DNA of 63,114 nt from Desulfobacula sp. (GCA_021647625.1 JAKIUJ010000001.1:1-63114); one strand, 5' to 3'; positions 1 to 10,216 are shown, counted from the first letter of the stretch. A program made the numbers and translations. The notes: generated by a model not told the origin, from the letters alone.

Positions 1-292
1 TTTCAGAATCGCCTGCAAGCTCATCTTCATAAACCGGTACCAGATCCATGCCCATTAAACTTTTGCCGGGTGCATCATATAGTTCGGTTGGATTCATGGG
101 GGCCTGCCAATAGGCGACTTTTCGTTCTTTTGAGCCTGTATCGTCATCCACAGCCTGTTCAGTAGTGGTGCCATTACCCTGATTCAGATTAAGGCCTGTG
201 AATTTCAAACCTGCAAAGATTATAGAAACGGTTATGAGAGCTGTTAGTAAAACAGTGATAACAATCAGTTTTTTGTTGTTTTTTTGATCCAT
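1..292 (-). CDS. Efflux RND transporter periplasmic adaptor (CusB-like), 5' part only; runs off the window
   Basis: Read manually: MDQKNNKKLIVITVLL...YWQAPMNPTELYDAPGKSLMGMDLVPVYEDE. This is a TM anchor plus the heavy-metal-binding motif typical of CusB-type adaptors, downstream of two TolC genes. Confidence 0.85.
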   Translation of the reverse strand, partial: MDQKNNKKLIVITVLLTALITVSIIFAGLKFTGLNLNQGNGTTTEQAVDDDTGSKERKVAYWQAPMNPTELYDAPGKSLMGMDLVPVYEDELAGDSE

Positions 293-310
293 CTTTAATT
301 TCCCCTGGTT

Positions 311-1861
311 TTAATATTTCACAAAGCTTTTACCAATTATATTTTCAAGTGCTGCAATGGAAGATCCTAAATCCGCCTGTTTTTTGACAACGGTCAGTTT
401 TACCTTTAACCAGTATGTATACGAGCCAATGGCCTGGGAAAAGGGTATTGAGCCGGATTCATATTCCCTTGTGGAGACATCCAGAGCTGATTTGGATAAG
501 GGTAAAATCCTTTTTTTATACAATTCCAGTTCACGTTTGTTTTTATCAACATAAAACCAGGAATCACGTACCTTTCTATCTGTTGAATTTTCAAGATCAA
601 CCAGAGCCTGCTTCAAGCTCAAAAGCTTTTGTCTGGTCTGCCTTAACCATGGATCATCAATACCGTACCAGGGTTTGGCAGGGCTCTGATTTGTCATGGC
701 TGCCATGGTTTTTTCCTGGAAAGATAATTTTTCAGAATCAGATCCAACCGTTTTAACGGCCTCATCTTCATAGGTTGAAAGCCCTAAGGTAAAAGGCTCC
801 TGTACCATTGATTCCGCAAGTTCTATCATGTTCTGAACCTTATTAATCTGGTGCCTGAGCGCCTTTAACTCCTGTCTTTTCTGCCTGGCAACCGGATAAA
901 GGTCTTCTGGTGCACCGGTAATTTTGTAAGGGTTTATAAAAATTACATTCCCTGCCCTGGTGTTTACCGGAAGATTTAAAAGTTCAAAGATTTTAATCTC
1001 AATATTCTTCTTTTTCGAAGTGAGCGTAACAAGATCTTCTATCAGGATCTCTATTTCAATATTTATTTTAATAATATCCTGAAAACTGGTCTTTCCGCTT
1101 TTATACAAAACAGTTGCCACATCCTTAAGACGCTCAAAGGCGTCAATGGTCTCTGTGGTTATTGTGATTGATTTTTCAATGAAAACAAGATTCCAGTAAG
1201 CTTTTCGAACGTTGGTGATCACATTTTTCCGGACAATTTTCATTTTTTCCAGCAAAGTTGCAACCTGATCATTAACAACCCTGCCCTTAAGAGAGGTCAA
1301 CCCAGGAAACGGGTACTTTAATTTTATTGAGTCCTTCATTTTAAGAGGACCTGTTTTGTTGTTGATATCCTTAGTAAATGCAGCATATTGTTTCAGGTTT
1401 TCATCAAGATCCAGCACCTGGTTAAAAGATTCAATTTCAGCCTTAACTTTTTTTTGAGCAGAAAGAATGGCAGGATTCCTTAAAGCTGACAATACCTCTA
1501 TTTCATCCAGTATAACATTTTGATTAAGTATTTTTTTAACAGCTTCTTTGTCATCTGCAATTTTTACAAGCCTTAAAAACAGCTTAGTGTCAACACCTGG
1601 CAAGAAAAGGATGTCATTGTCTTTTTTGATTTTCTTTTCATACTCAAGTTGCCTTGCCTGGATCTGAGTTATCACTGCTTCCAGGTTTCTTCGGCTTTCA
1701 ATTTTTGATCCGTCCTTTTCATTTTTTAATTTCAGAGAATCATTAAAATGTCCGGGCGGGCTGTAATTTTCAAGATTCTTATTCATTTGTGAATAATCAG
1801 CATACAAAGGAGATATAATCAGAGTGCACAGGATAAGTATGGCGGCAAATGTTCTTTTCAT
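311..1861 (-). CDS. TolC-family outer membrane efflux protein with N-terminal extension
   Basis: Signal peptide, OEP-like helical repeats (LYKSGKTSFQDII, YESGSIPF), operon context. Confidence 0.8.
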   Translation of the reverse strand: MKRTFAAILILCTLIISPLYADYSQMNKNLENYSPPGHFNDSLKLKNEKDGSKIESRRNLEAVITQIQARQLEYEKKIKKDNDILFLPGVDTKLFLRLVKIADDKEAVKKILNQNVILDEIEVLSALRNPAILSAQKKVKAEIESFNQVLDLDENLKQYAAFTKDINNKTGPLKMKDSIKLKYPFPGLTSLKGRVVNDQVATLLEKMKIVRKNVITNVRKAYWNLVFIEKSITITTETIDAFERLKDVATVLYKSGKTSFQDIIKINIEIEILIEDLVTLTSKKKNIEIKIFELLNLPVNTRAGNVIFINPYKITGAPEDLYPVARQKRQELKALRHQINKVQNMIELAESMVQEPFTLGLSTYEDEAVKTVGSDSEKLSFQEKTMAAMTNQSPAKPWYGIDDPWLRQTRQKLLSLKQALVDLENSTDRKVRDSWFYVDKNKRELELYKKRILPLSKSALDVSTREYESGSIPFSQAIGSYTYWLKVKLTVVKKQADLGSSIAALENIIGKSFVKY

Positions 1862-3204
1862 GATTTATTTTCTCCTTTTGCTTCAACGGTTTTTCTGTCC
1901 AGTGCAACGCCTGCCAATTGTTCCAGCTTGACAAGGGTCTTACCGTAATCTGCCCTGGCCCTTGCAAGCGACAATTGAAAATTATACGCAGTGGCCTGGA
2001 CTTCAAGGAAATCAGCAAAACTGCCTTCACCGTCCCTGTACCAGGTTTCAGCAGTTTCAACCGATCTTAAGGCCTGGGGGATCAAATTATCCCTATACAG
2101 AATGATCAGTCTTTTGGAATTCTGCAATTTAAACCAGAGCCTGCTGATTTGTGAATGAATATTATTTGTTACACTTGCTTTTTGAGCCTTGGCTTTTTGC
2201 CTTCCCGCCAGTGCTTTTGAAATTCTGCTCTTATTTTTTCCGAACCATAATGGAAGACTGAAGCCGAATTGGACACCAACAGCATCATCGCCTGCATTTT
2301 TGGGAGGAGCCGGGACATCAGGGTCACCAATACCGGCATAAAAAAGACCCAGCTTAAATGAAGGGAGATTTTCAAATTTTGACAGTTTAACTATTTCTTC
2401 GGATTGTTGTATTCTCTCATCTGCAATCAGAATATCTTCCAGGTTATTTCTGGATAACCTATACACTTCATCAAGTTCATAAACAATTTTTCGAAAAGCA
2501 AGGCCACGGGCATGACCAAGACCGGCATCAGGTGCCCTGTTCAACAAAGTGTTAAGCCGTACTTTTTCCGTTTGTTCAAGTTCTTCCAAAAGAAGGATAT
2601 CATACTGAATCTGGGCTGTTTGGGCCTGGGCCTTTGAAACGTCATAGAACAAGGCTTTGTCGTCGGCATAGGAATTTTCACTTATTTTTACCAACTCCTG
2701 ATTCAGGTTAAAATTTATTTTTGCAATTTGAATCGCATTCTGGATATATATGAGTTCATAAAAGGAAGCGGAAACCTTTGTGACAATTTTTCTGATTGTT
2801 TTATCCAGCTTAAGTTTTGCAATTTTTGCATCGGCTTCAAGCACACGGCCTTTTTGACTCAGCCTTCCTGGAAAAGGAATGGCCTGGGTGAGGTTCAGGC
2901 TCCAGTCCTGTGGCCCTAACCTGGTTTCAATGGGGTCTGGAAAATAGCTGGTCATAAGTTGGGGGTCAGGATAGCTTTTACCGATTCGATAATCCTCTAT
3001 AAACATCTTCCAGGACTCTTTTGATGCTTTGATGGATGGATTTGAACCATAAGCATACTTAAGCAGGTCAGACAGGGTAAGAACTTTTGAAAAATTTTTT
3101 TCAATCCGGGTCAACTCTTCATTGCTGTCGGCAAAAGAGAAGGGATTAAACAATAACAGAATACATAGGTTAAACAAAAATAGGGTTGCGATTTTTTTTC
3201 TCAT
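1858..3204 (-). CDS. TolC-family outer membrane efflux protein
   Basis: Signal peptide; NPSIKAS, YPDP, QAIPFPG and YRDGEGSFADFL OEP motifs. Confidence 0.88.
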   Translation of the reverse strand: MRKKIATLFLFNLCILLLFNPFSFADSNEELTRIEKNFSKVLTLSDLLKYAYGSNPSIKASKESWKMFIEDYRIGKSYPDPQLMTSYFPDPIETRLGPQDWSLNLTQAIPFPGRLSQKGRVLEADAKIAKLKLDKTIRKIVTKVSASFYELIYIQNAIQIAKINFNLNQELVKISENSYADDKALFYDVSKAQAQTAQIQYDILLLEELEQTEKVRLNTLLNRAPDAGLGHARGLAFRKIVYELDEVYRLSRNNLEDILIADERIQQSEEIVKLSKFENLPSFKLGLFYAGIGDPDVPAPPKNAGDDAVGVQFGFSLPLWFGKNKSRISKALAGRQKAKAQKASVTNNIHSQISRLWFKLQNSKRLIILYRDNLIPQALRSVETAETWYRDGEGSFADFLEVQATAYNFQLSLARARADYGKTLVKLEQLAGVALDRKTVEAKGENKS

Positions 3205-3262
3205 AATCCTTCCTTTTCAACTTTAAACCCGTTTTGGATTTAATTTCTGTGGACACTCACTT

Positions 3263-3278
3263 TGCATTTATTATGCCA
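3263..3278 (-). promoter_or_regulatory. sigma54 (-24/-12) promoter of the efflux operon
   Basis: Minus strand TGGCATAATAAATGCA (GG-N10-GC), about 60 nt upstream of the tolC start. Confidence 0.7.
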
Positions 3279-3433
3279 TAGCCGGGAAGTCATCATAACT
3301 ACCTGGTTTTTTAAATATTTTTTTAAAAATACCGTTTTTATCAAAATTGTGACTGTTGAATATTCTACACCATCGTATAATTATTATACAATTTGGAACA
3401 GATGATTCCGTTATATTTTTAAAACCGCCAAAC

Positions 3434-4480
3434 CTACTCATCCTTGTCCGGATTCCAGTCAGAGATTTTATTCATGTAATTTATTGGATTGGATGATTGA
3501 TCAATGGGTATTTTAACTTTAAAACAAGCCCCTTTACCAATGATTGAAGAAACATTCATATTCCCACCGCAGCTTTGAATAAATTTATAATTCGATGCTA
3601 AAGAAAGACCATGACTGCCCTGTTTTGTCGTGAAAAAGGGTCGAAAAATCTTTTTCAGGTGTTCGGGCTTAATACCGGTTCCTTCATCCTTTATTTCTAA
3701 CACATTATATGTCGGTCTATGGCTGGTTTCAATCCAGATTTTCCCTCCATTAGGTGAAGCTTCAATGGCATTATTCAATAAGTCGCTTATTAATTTTATT
3801 ATGGATTTTTCAAACACTTTGGAAGGGCAGCCCTTGTCGTCCAGCTGTGTTACGATTGAAATATCAGCCGCATCAATTTTTTCTTTGAATTTTAAAATTT
3901 GGTCTTCTATTAATGAATTAATGTTAAAATTTATTTTCTGACGATGGTCTTTTTCTACAAAAGAGGTGAGGATTGTGACAAGATTATCAAGCCTGTTAAA
4001 TCCCTCTTCAATTTCATCTTTTCCAGGCGAATCATTTTTTATTTGAATGTATGCTTTTTTCAAGGCTGTCAGAACATCCTGAATCTCTGTGCCAAGATTT
4101 AATGCCGCATTTCCCAATGCCGCCAGCTCTTTTTTTCTGATATTATCTTCATGGAATTTTTCATTATGATCCGCTAAACTGCCAAGGATGATTGCTACTA
4201 ATAAAAATGTAAATATTTGAAAAAGGGTCGGTACAAGCAATAGGCCCGTTCCAGATCCTATTATTGCTTTTGAGGCATATATCGCACTTATAATAATTGT
4301 AGAAATAAGGCCGGGTTTCAAGCCAAACCAGAAACAAGATAAAACAATAGGAATAAAAAACAATTCTCTATGAATCATATGACCAACCATCTGACTGGTT
4401 GATACAGCAAGATGAAAGACTGCTATTACGATGGTGGTTGTTAATACAATAAATATTTTTGATTCTATTTGTAATTTCAA
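3434..4480 (-). CDS. Membrane sensor histidine-kinase-like protein (DUF4118-like TM region + HATPase); phospho-His appears absent
   Basis: Four TM helices; N box LLNNAIEAS, G1 DEGTGI, F box PFFTTK; H box reads LGTEIQDVL. Confidence 0.75.
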   Translation of the reverse strand: MKLQIESKIFIVLTTTIVIAVFHLAVSTSQMVGHMIHRELFFIPIVLSCFWFGLKPGLISTIIISAIYASKAIIGSGTGLLLVPTLFQIFTFLLVAIILGSLADHNEKFHEDNIRKKELAALGNAALNLGTEIQDVLTALKKAYIQIKNDSPGKDEIEEGFNRLDNLVTILTSFVEKDHRQKINFNINSLIEDQILKFKEKIDAADISIVTQLDDKGCPSKVFEKSIIKLISDLLNNAIEASPNGGKIWIETSHRPTYNVLEIKDEGTGIKPEHLKKIFRPFFTTKQGSHGLSLASNYKFIQSCGGNMNVSSIIGKGACFKVKIPIDQSSNPINYMNKISDWNPDKDE

Positions 4481-4606
4481 AATATTTTTCCCCCTAAACT
4501 ATTAAAGACTGCTAAATTGCACCCCAGCCGACTCATTTTTGGAGTTGCAGTTTTGTAATTTTAAGACCCATGACGACTTCTTCTTCCTCACTTTCATTTA
4601 AGATTT

Positions 4607-6400
4607 TCAAAGAAATTTTAGAACCAGCAGCGTGATATCATCCATTTGCTTTGCTTTGCCGCGAAATTTTTCGCCATCTGATATTATCCGGGTCACAATT
4701 TCTTCCGATGAAAGGGAGCTTGATAGTTTAAGAACATTTTCCAATCTTTTTTTCCCAAATCGATCTCCTAGTTTATTTTCATCTTCCCAAACACCATCGG
4801 TCCCAATCAGGATAACGGTGCCCTTTTGAATATTTGAATAAATATTGTCAGTATACCGGAAGTCTTCATCCAAACCCAGAACAAGCCCGTCGCCATAAAG
4901 CTCCATAAAACTATTCTTGTCAGGATGATAAACCATGGCTGGGTCATGCCCTGCCCGAATCCATCTAAGTTCTCTTTTTTGGATATCGATCATGAACAAG
5001 AACAGGGAAACAAAACTTCCGCTCTCGTACGAATCAAGGCACAAGAGCCGGTTTACATCAGTCATAACCTGGGATAAAGAACCGCCTTGTGTAATCCGGC
5101 CTCTCAATAAGGCACGCGTTGTAGCCATTAAAAGAGCGGCACCAACCCCATGGCCGACCACATCCCCAACGGCAACACATATTTTTTGGGAGTCACCCGG
5201 AAACTCTATAATATCAAAGAAATCCCCACCTGTCTCATCACAATAGACAGAACGGCCACTTATCTCTAAATTTTCATATGATATATTTGTTGGCGGCAAA
5301 AGACTCTGCTGGACTTCTTTTGCTAGATCCATGGCCTCTTTTAACTCTATCCGTTCTTTTAATTGTCTTGTCATCCTATTAAAATTAAAGGTCAACTCCC
5401 CTACTTCATCCTTGTATTTGACAGGCAATTGTTCACCAAAAACGCCGTCGGCAAGGCTTTTAGCTGCTTCAGACACCTTTTTTATAGCCTTTGTAGTCCC
5501 GCTTATTGTTATGCGAATAAACAAAACAACACTTAAAATTGATAAAAAACCGATCACAAAATAAAACATTCTGAAATTTAAAATTGATTTTAATACCTGT
5601 TTACCCGGAGAAATGAGGACAAGACTCCAGGGAGCTTCATTTAAATGATAATATCCGCTAATCTCCTTTGGCGGATGACCCGGACCAAAAACAGTACCAT
5701 ACGGACTTTGTGATAGAGCATCCAATGTTAGTTTTTCCAAAGAATCTGTTTGAGCAAATTTAACAAACTGATCAGCATTGTTTTTATCTTCTATTCTTTG
5801 AGTACTGATAAGAATATTGCCTTCATTATCAATTATAAAAGCATTGTGGCTTTTCCACCAGTTTGCTTTGCTGATCTGCTCTATCAAATCCTGAAAAGAG
5901 ATGACCACTTCTATGCGGCCCACCTCATCACCATCCTTATCAATAAAATCTGTTGATAAAGATATTGTTTCGCTATTGAGCCGTGCATTGTATTTTGGCA
6001 ATGAAAAGCGAAATTTCCCTGCCATTGCCGTATGCATTCCTTTCATTTGTGCGCCGTGCATTCTTTCATTATTGGCAGCATTGCGAAAGTTTACAGGAAT
6101 GTCATAGTTTACTTCAACAACGCCTTCAAGATTTTTCAATTGATTGATAATAAATTCTTGAACAATAAAACTCTGGCTTTCGTCATTTTCCAGCATTAGT
6201 AATAAATCTTTTGTCTTGCTAAGACGCATATCAATCATATGTGACGCTTTTTGCAGTTTTGCAATGGCTGTTTCGCTCCATTGCTTTAAAATTGCATTTC
6301 GAGCATAAAGAAAACTTGCCCATCCCATTCCGGCTAAAATAAAAAACACAGGAACTAGTACAAAAATTGCGATGCGTTGTTGAAGGTTTTTAGGTTTCAT
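4607..6400 (-). CDS. SpoIIE/PP2C-family phosphatase with Cache-like sensor and HAMP domain
   Basis: TM-sensor-TM-HAMP (DEVGELTFNFNRM); GGDFFD, GDVVGHG, GTDGV and DDITL motifs. Confidence 0.9.
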   Translation of the reverse strand: MKPKNLQQRIAIFVLVPVFFILAGMGWASFLYARNAILKQWSETAIAKLQKASHMIDMRLSKTKDLLLMLENDESQSFIVQEFIINQLKNLEGVVEVNYDIPVNFRNAANNERMHGAQMKGMHTAMAGKFRFSLPKYNARLNSETISLSTDFIDKDGDEVGRIEVVISFQDLIEQISKANWWKSHNAFIIDNEGNILISTQRIEDKNNADQFVKFAQTDSLEKLTLDALSQSPYGTVFGPGHPPKEISGYYHLNEAPWSLVLISPGKQVLKSILNFRMFYFVIGFLSILSVVLFIRITISGTTKAIKKVSEAAKSLADGVFGEQLPVKYKDEVGELTFNFNRMTRQLKERIELKEAMDLAKEVQQSLLPPTNISYENLEISGRSVYCDETGGDFFDIIEFPGDSQKICVAVGDVVGHGVGAALLMATTRALLRGRITQGGSLSQVMTDVNRLLCLDSYESGSFVSLFLFMIDIQKRELRWIRAGHDPAMVYHPDKNSFMELYGDGLVLGLDEDFRYTDNIYSNIQKGTVILIGTDGVWEDENKLGDRFGKKRLENVLKLSSSLSSEEIVTRIISDGEKFRGKAKQMDDITLLVLKFL

Positions 6401-6930
6401 ATGCCTCTTTTGTGGTGGTTCTGAATAAACAAATTTAAGAATAACCTTCTAATAAAATTTTATTCCAGAATTATTAAATGCGCCAAAAGAATCCGAGTCA
6501 ACAGCATTTTGCTGCATCTATGCTACTTATTCACATTTCCAAAATTACAATTTTTAAAAAATGAAGAAAAATATTTCATTAAAATACAGGTTAAGATACT
6601 TTACTATATATCCTTTTTTATATGATTTTACAACTTCATTTATCAATTTGATTCCTTTACCATGTCTATCTTTTTTTTTTCAACAGCACTCAAAAAATAT
6701 TCAAACCTTTCCTGATTCTTTATTATATTCCCCTAACTCTACCTGACATTCTCACTTTCAATAAATATGCCAAAGGTGTTATATGGCAAAACGATTAATG
6801 ATATTACTCGATAATGCAAAACATCAATTTCATAGATGGATAATTTTTAAGCAGGGGGTGGATAAAAATGAGTCAGTTTTAGCAAAAACCACTTCACGGA
6901 CAGGTATCCCGGATCAACCTTTTGTGACTA

Positions 6931-7031
6931 AGGATCGGCTCCAAAATTACTTGATCTTTTATTTTCAAAATACCCAGTCTTTTAAGGGGTTTTGGAAATA
7001 ATTCAGATCAAGTAATTTTGGAACGATTCAT
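6931..7031. repeat. Miniature inverted-repeat element (fold-back)
   Basis: CCAAAATTACTTGATCT (6941-6957) is the exact reverse complement of AGATCAAGTAATTTTGG (7005-7021); arms extend imperfectly. Confidence 0.7.
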
Positions 7032-7033
7032 AA

Positions 7034-7186
7034 GGAACGGGAATTAAATAAGTGCCCATAATTAGCAGAAGTTTTTGTCGTATTCAAGACACGAGGAGGA
7101 AGCTAAACTAGCTATGTGCCCAACGAAAAATGCAGAAGACGACGAAAAAAGCAATAATTATGGGTAAGTTATTTAATGTACATTCC
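7034..7186. mobile_element. MITE with ~30-bp imperfect TIRs and TAA flanks
   Basis: GGAACGGGAATTAAATAAGTGCCCATAATT ... AATTATGGGTAAGTTATTTAATGTACATTCC; TAA at 7031-7033 and 7187-7189. Confidence 0.65.
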
Positions 7187-7249
7187 TAATTGTTCAAATT
7201 TGAGATTCATCAACAAGATATCATCTCAACCTCTATAAAGTGCTATGTA

Positions 7250-7400
7250 GTAGCCTGTCCCAAAAACTTGTGTTTGGGCGGAAACTTGCCCATATGCAAG
7301 GCGCAAGAAATGCTGAAACCGGAGTGTACTATAGCACATGAGGATTTTGCAGCAACGAAGCAGATGGGCGCTGCCGACGAGTGAGTTTTCGTTCAAACAC
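7250..7400 (+). mobile_element. MITE family A, copy 1
   Basis: Core GCCCATATGCAAGGCGCAAGAAAT-CTGAAACCGGAGTGTACTATAG shared by five loci; 6-bp TSD TATGTA (7244-7249 and 7401-7406). Confidence 0.85.
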
Positions 7401-7496
7401 TATGTATGCCGCCTACCATTAGAGGCAGGCAATACCCTGTCAATTCAAAGACAATGCCGATATGATCAAACGGATTCTGTTAACCATAACGTTGCG

Positions 7497-7970
7497 TTAC
7501 TTTTCCGGTTTATGCAGCACCACCAGGGCATCCGGGTCACGAGTGGCGATCTGCCCGGCCACCCTGACAGGTACAATCTCAAAGAGATTGTCAAATTTAA
7601 CAATGGCCAACTGCCCGAAACTTAGCTTTCTAGTAATTTCTTCGTTAATATATATTTTTTTAATTTTCTTCCCCACAGCAAAATAGTACGGGTCTTCGTA
7701 ATCATCCAGCTTTAAACGGTTTGTTTCAATGAGCTGTCTTACTTGTGCCAGTTTTTCACGTTTTAGTTTTTCTTTATTGAGCTGCTGGTTCAATTCTCGG
7801 TTGCATTTTTCTTTTGCCGATTGTTCCTGCTGTGTCTTGTTGATTTCACCAGGAGAGTTGTTCCCTTTATTTTTCTTTTGCTTAACGCGTTTGTCATGCC
7901 TGGCCTTTTTCACCTGTTTTTTATTTACAAGCCCTGCTTTAAGGAGCTGGTCTTTTAACGATATCCCCAT
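7497..7970 (-). CDS. DUF2058 (YaiL-like) family protein
   Basis: N-terminus SLKDQLLKAGLV, Lys-rich region, QVRQLIETNR. Confidence 0.8.
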   Translation of the reverse strand: MGISLKDQLLKAGLVNKKQVKKARHDKRVKQKKNKGNNSPGEINKTQQEQSAKEKCNRELNQQLNKEKLKREKLAQVRQLIETNRLKLDDYEDPYYFAVGKKIKKIYINEEITRKLSFGQLAIVKFDNLFEIVPVRVAGQIATRDPDALVVLHKPEK

Positions 7971-8131
7971 GATTGTCCTCTTTATTTAATTATGCCTGTA
8001 CAATAATATATTCTGAACAATAATGCATACCCCTTTTTTAACAAAACCGGGGATCTAATGAAAACAGGTCTCACCCGCACCAATGTCATGGATATCAGAA
8101 TTATGGTGATTCATTAAAAAAAGGTTTGGCT

Positions 8132-9058
8132 TCAAACCAGGTGTATTTCCCACAATTCTTCAGTTAGTTCCTGCCCCCAAATTTGATGGGTTCTGGTGGT
8201 GGTCAACTGAAACCCGGATTGTCCATAGAGATGACGAGCGGCATCTAAATTACTCACTGTCCACAAAATAATTTTCTGATAATTTTGCCGTTTACAAAAT
8301 TTCAAGGCCTCATCGAGCATTTTTTTCCCAAGACCGTTCCCCTGTACAGTTGGTTCTATTAAAAACCATCTCAGTTGTGCCACGTTCTCTCCAGTATTCA
8401 CAATTGCAATCGACCCCACAGGTATTTGGCCGTCTTCTGCGACCCAGAGATGTTCTTTTTGGGAATCATATTGCATCACAAATTCTGACAGGCCGGTTGC
8501 CACATAGGCATCAAAGCTGGTATCAAACCCATGGGCCTGTGAATAAAAGATCGCATGCCGATATGTAATATAACCGATATCACCTGATCGATGAGATCGA
8601 AGCGTAAATGTTTTTGATGGGGGCTTTTCTCCTGTAAAAATGTGTTCTATTTTTTCCATTGCTTTTATTAGGTGCATATGATCTTCTTTAGACGTATTGG
8701 TAAGGGATCGTGTAATCTGATGATTCGACATATCCTGAAGTTTTTCAAGTACGGATTTACCCGCAGATGTAAGTGATAGAATTTGTTTGCGAGTATCTTC
8801 TAAAGATTTTTTTTTACGAATCAGTCCTTGGTTTTCAAACCGTACCAAGAGACGGCTGAGATAGGCAGGATCAAGATAGAGTTGCATGGACAGATCCCTT
8901 GAAACAAGATTTATTTTTTTACCAAGCTCAAATAGAATCCGGGCCTGTGCCAATGAATAATCACTTTCTATAAACTTATTATCCAGCAGGCCAAAAATTT
9001 GTGTATAAAACCGATTAAAATGACGGATTTTCTCAATGGTATTTAGATTGATTGTCAT
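8132..9058 (-). CDS. MarR-family HTH / GNAT acetyltransferase bifunctional protein
   Basis: IRHFNRFYT, LAQARILFEL and DPAYLSR (MarR); QLRWFLIEP..QGNGLG and ARHLY (GNAT). Confidence 0.9.
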   Translation of the reverse strand: MTINLNTIEKIRHFNRFYTQIFGLLDNKFIESDYSLAQARILFELGKKINLVSRDLSMQLYLDPAYLSRLLVRFENQGLIRKKKSLEDTRKQILSLTSAGKSVLEKLQDMSNHQITRSLTNTSKEDHMHLIKAMEKIEHIFTGEKPPSKTFTLRSHRSGDIGYITYRHAIFYSQAHGFDTSFDAYVATGLSEFVMQYDSQKEHLWVAEDGQIPVGSIAIVNTGENVAQLRWFLIEPTVQGNGLGKKMLDEALKFCKRQNYQKIILWTVSNLDAARHLYGQSGFQLTTTRTHQIWGQELTEELWEIHLV

Positions 9059-9112
9059 ATGTCCTCACTCTCTGACTGGTGTTTGAACGGGGGCTCGAAG
9101 AGACATTAATTA

Positions 9113-9256
9113 GTGTTTGAACGAAAACCCACCCATCTGCTTCGTTGCTGCAAAATCCTGAAATCCTCATGTACAGTAGTACACTCCGGTTTCAGCATTT
9201 CTTGCGCCTTGCATATGGGCAACTTTTCGTCCAAACACGAGTTTTCGGTCAGGCAT
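9113..9256 (-). mobile_element. MITE family A, copy 2
   Basis: Reverse complement of the family core; 6-bp TSD TAATTA (9107-9112 and 9257-9262). Confidence 0.88.
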
Positions 9257-9304
9257 TAATTAACCATTAAGTAATGAGTCTCTTATGTTACTTCATTATG
9301 ATTA

Positions 9305-9327
9305 TTTACTTGACTATGTCAAATAAA
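9305..9327. promoter_or_regulatory. Palindromic operator, probably bound by the MarR-GNAT protein
   Basis: TTTACTTGAC-TAT-GTCAAATAAA inverted repeat upstream of the marR-GNAT gene. Confidence 0.5.
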
Positions 9328-9501
9328 CTTCACCACAGGTCAAAGTCAACCAAACATTTAACTCAGGATACCAGACCAATATAATTTACAGCCGAACCAT
9401 GGAGAAAGGATATCAGATTTGGGATAAATCAGCGAATATTGCTTTGCAATACAGCCCTTTAATGCTTATGATTAAAGAAAATAAAAATTGTTAACATATG
9501 C

Positions 9502-10014
9502 ATGGAGGGCTTACCAATTAGAAACAACCATTTAAAAATAAAAAAAAGTTTAATGATAATCTTACTTTTAACAAGCACTCTCCTTACCGGGTGTGCCGCC
9601 TCAAGGATCGCAAAAAACAATCTTATTCACGTTCCAAAATTCAATTCAAATCAAACCCATGCTGTTGGTGACTCAACCCTGGTATACGCAATATCGGTGA
9701 CATTAGGAGATACTGAAATGCAAGTTAAAAAATTCAGGTTAACTCAGCTGGATGATCAATATATTGAAATTAAGCATGGCCTTTCTTATTCTATTGATTT
9801 AAGTCAAATAGGTCCTGTTGCAAAATTTTTGCTGACTCGAATTTTCAAACAATACGGCTATCGTTCAATAGAGCACTACATCAAAGGACAGGACAACGCG
9901 ACACCTATTTTTTTGGGTAGTGATTTTATCGCACTGCCGGTCGGAAAGGGAAAACAATTGTTCGATTTAGCCACAGATACGAACTCCATGTGGAAAGACA
10001 CCAGGAATTTTTAA
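9502..10014 (+). CDS. Hypothetical lipoprotein
   Basis: Hydrophobic stretch ending in lipobox LTGC; start uncertain (9502 or 9553). Confidence 0.55.
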   Translation: MEGLPIRNNHLKIKKSLMIILLLTSTLLTGCAASRIAKNNLIHVPKFNSNQTHAVGDSTLVYAISVTLGDTEMQVKKFRLTQLDDQYIEIKHGLSYSIDLSQIGPVAKFLLTRIFKQYGYRSIEHYIKGQDNATPIFLGSDFIALPVGKGKQLFDLATDTNSMWKDTRNF

Positions 10015-10024
10015 AAACAAGCTA

Positions 10025-10216
10025 GTGCCTGACCGAAAACCCGTGTTTGAACGGCTCGTAGAGGAGCAAAGCTCACAAAGTTGCCCATATGCAAGGCGCA
10101 AGAAATCCTGAAACCGGAGTGTACTATAGTACATGAGGCCCGATTTATAATTTGGCAGGATTTTGCAGCAATAAAGCAGATGGGCGCTGCCGACGGGTGG
10201 GTTTTGGTTCAAACAC
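10025..10216 (+). mobile_element. MITE family A, copy 3 (with internal insertions)
   Basis: Ends GTGCCTGACCGAAAAC ... GTTTTGGTTCAAACAC; 6-bp TSD AAGCTA (10019-10024 and 10217-10222). Confidence 0.85.

Noticed and set aside
6758-6773. Possible sigma54 promoter TGGCATATTTATTGAA on the minus strand
   Set aside because: It lacks the conserved -12 GC and lies about 360 bp from the next gene.
6561-7001. AT-rich short ORFs 6561-6746 and 6783-7001
   Set aside because: No recognisable motifs; the second runs into a fold-back repeat.
7190-7625. Short ORFs containing LPICKAQE-LKPECTI-HE (also at 10081-10452 and 60666-60989)
   Set aside because: They are translations of MITE family A, not a protein family.
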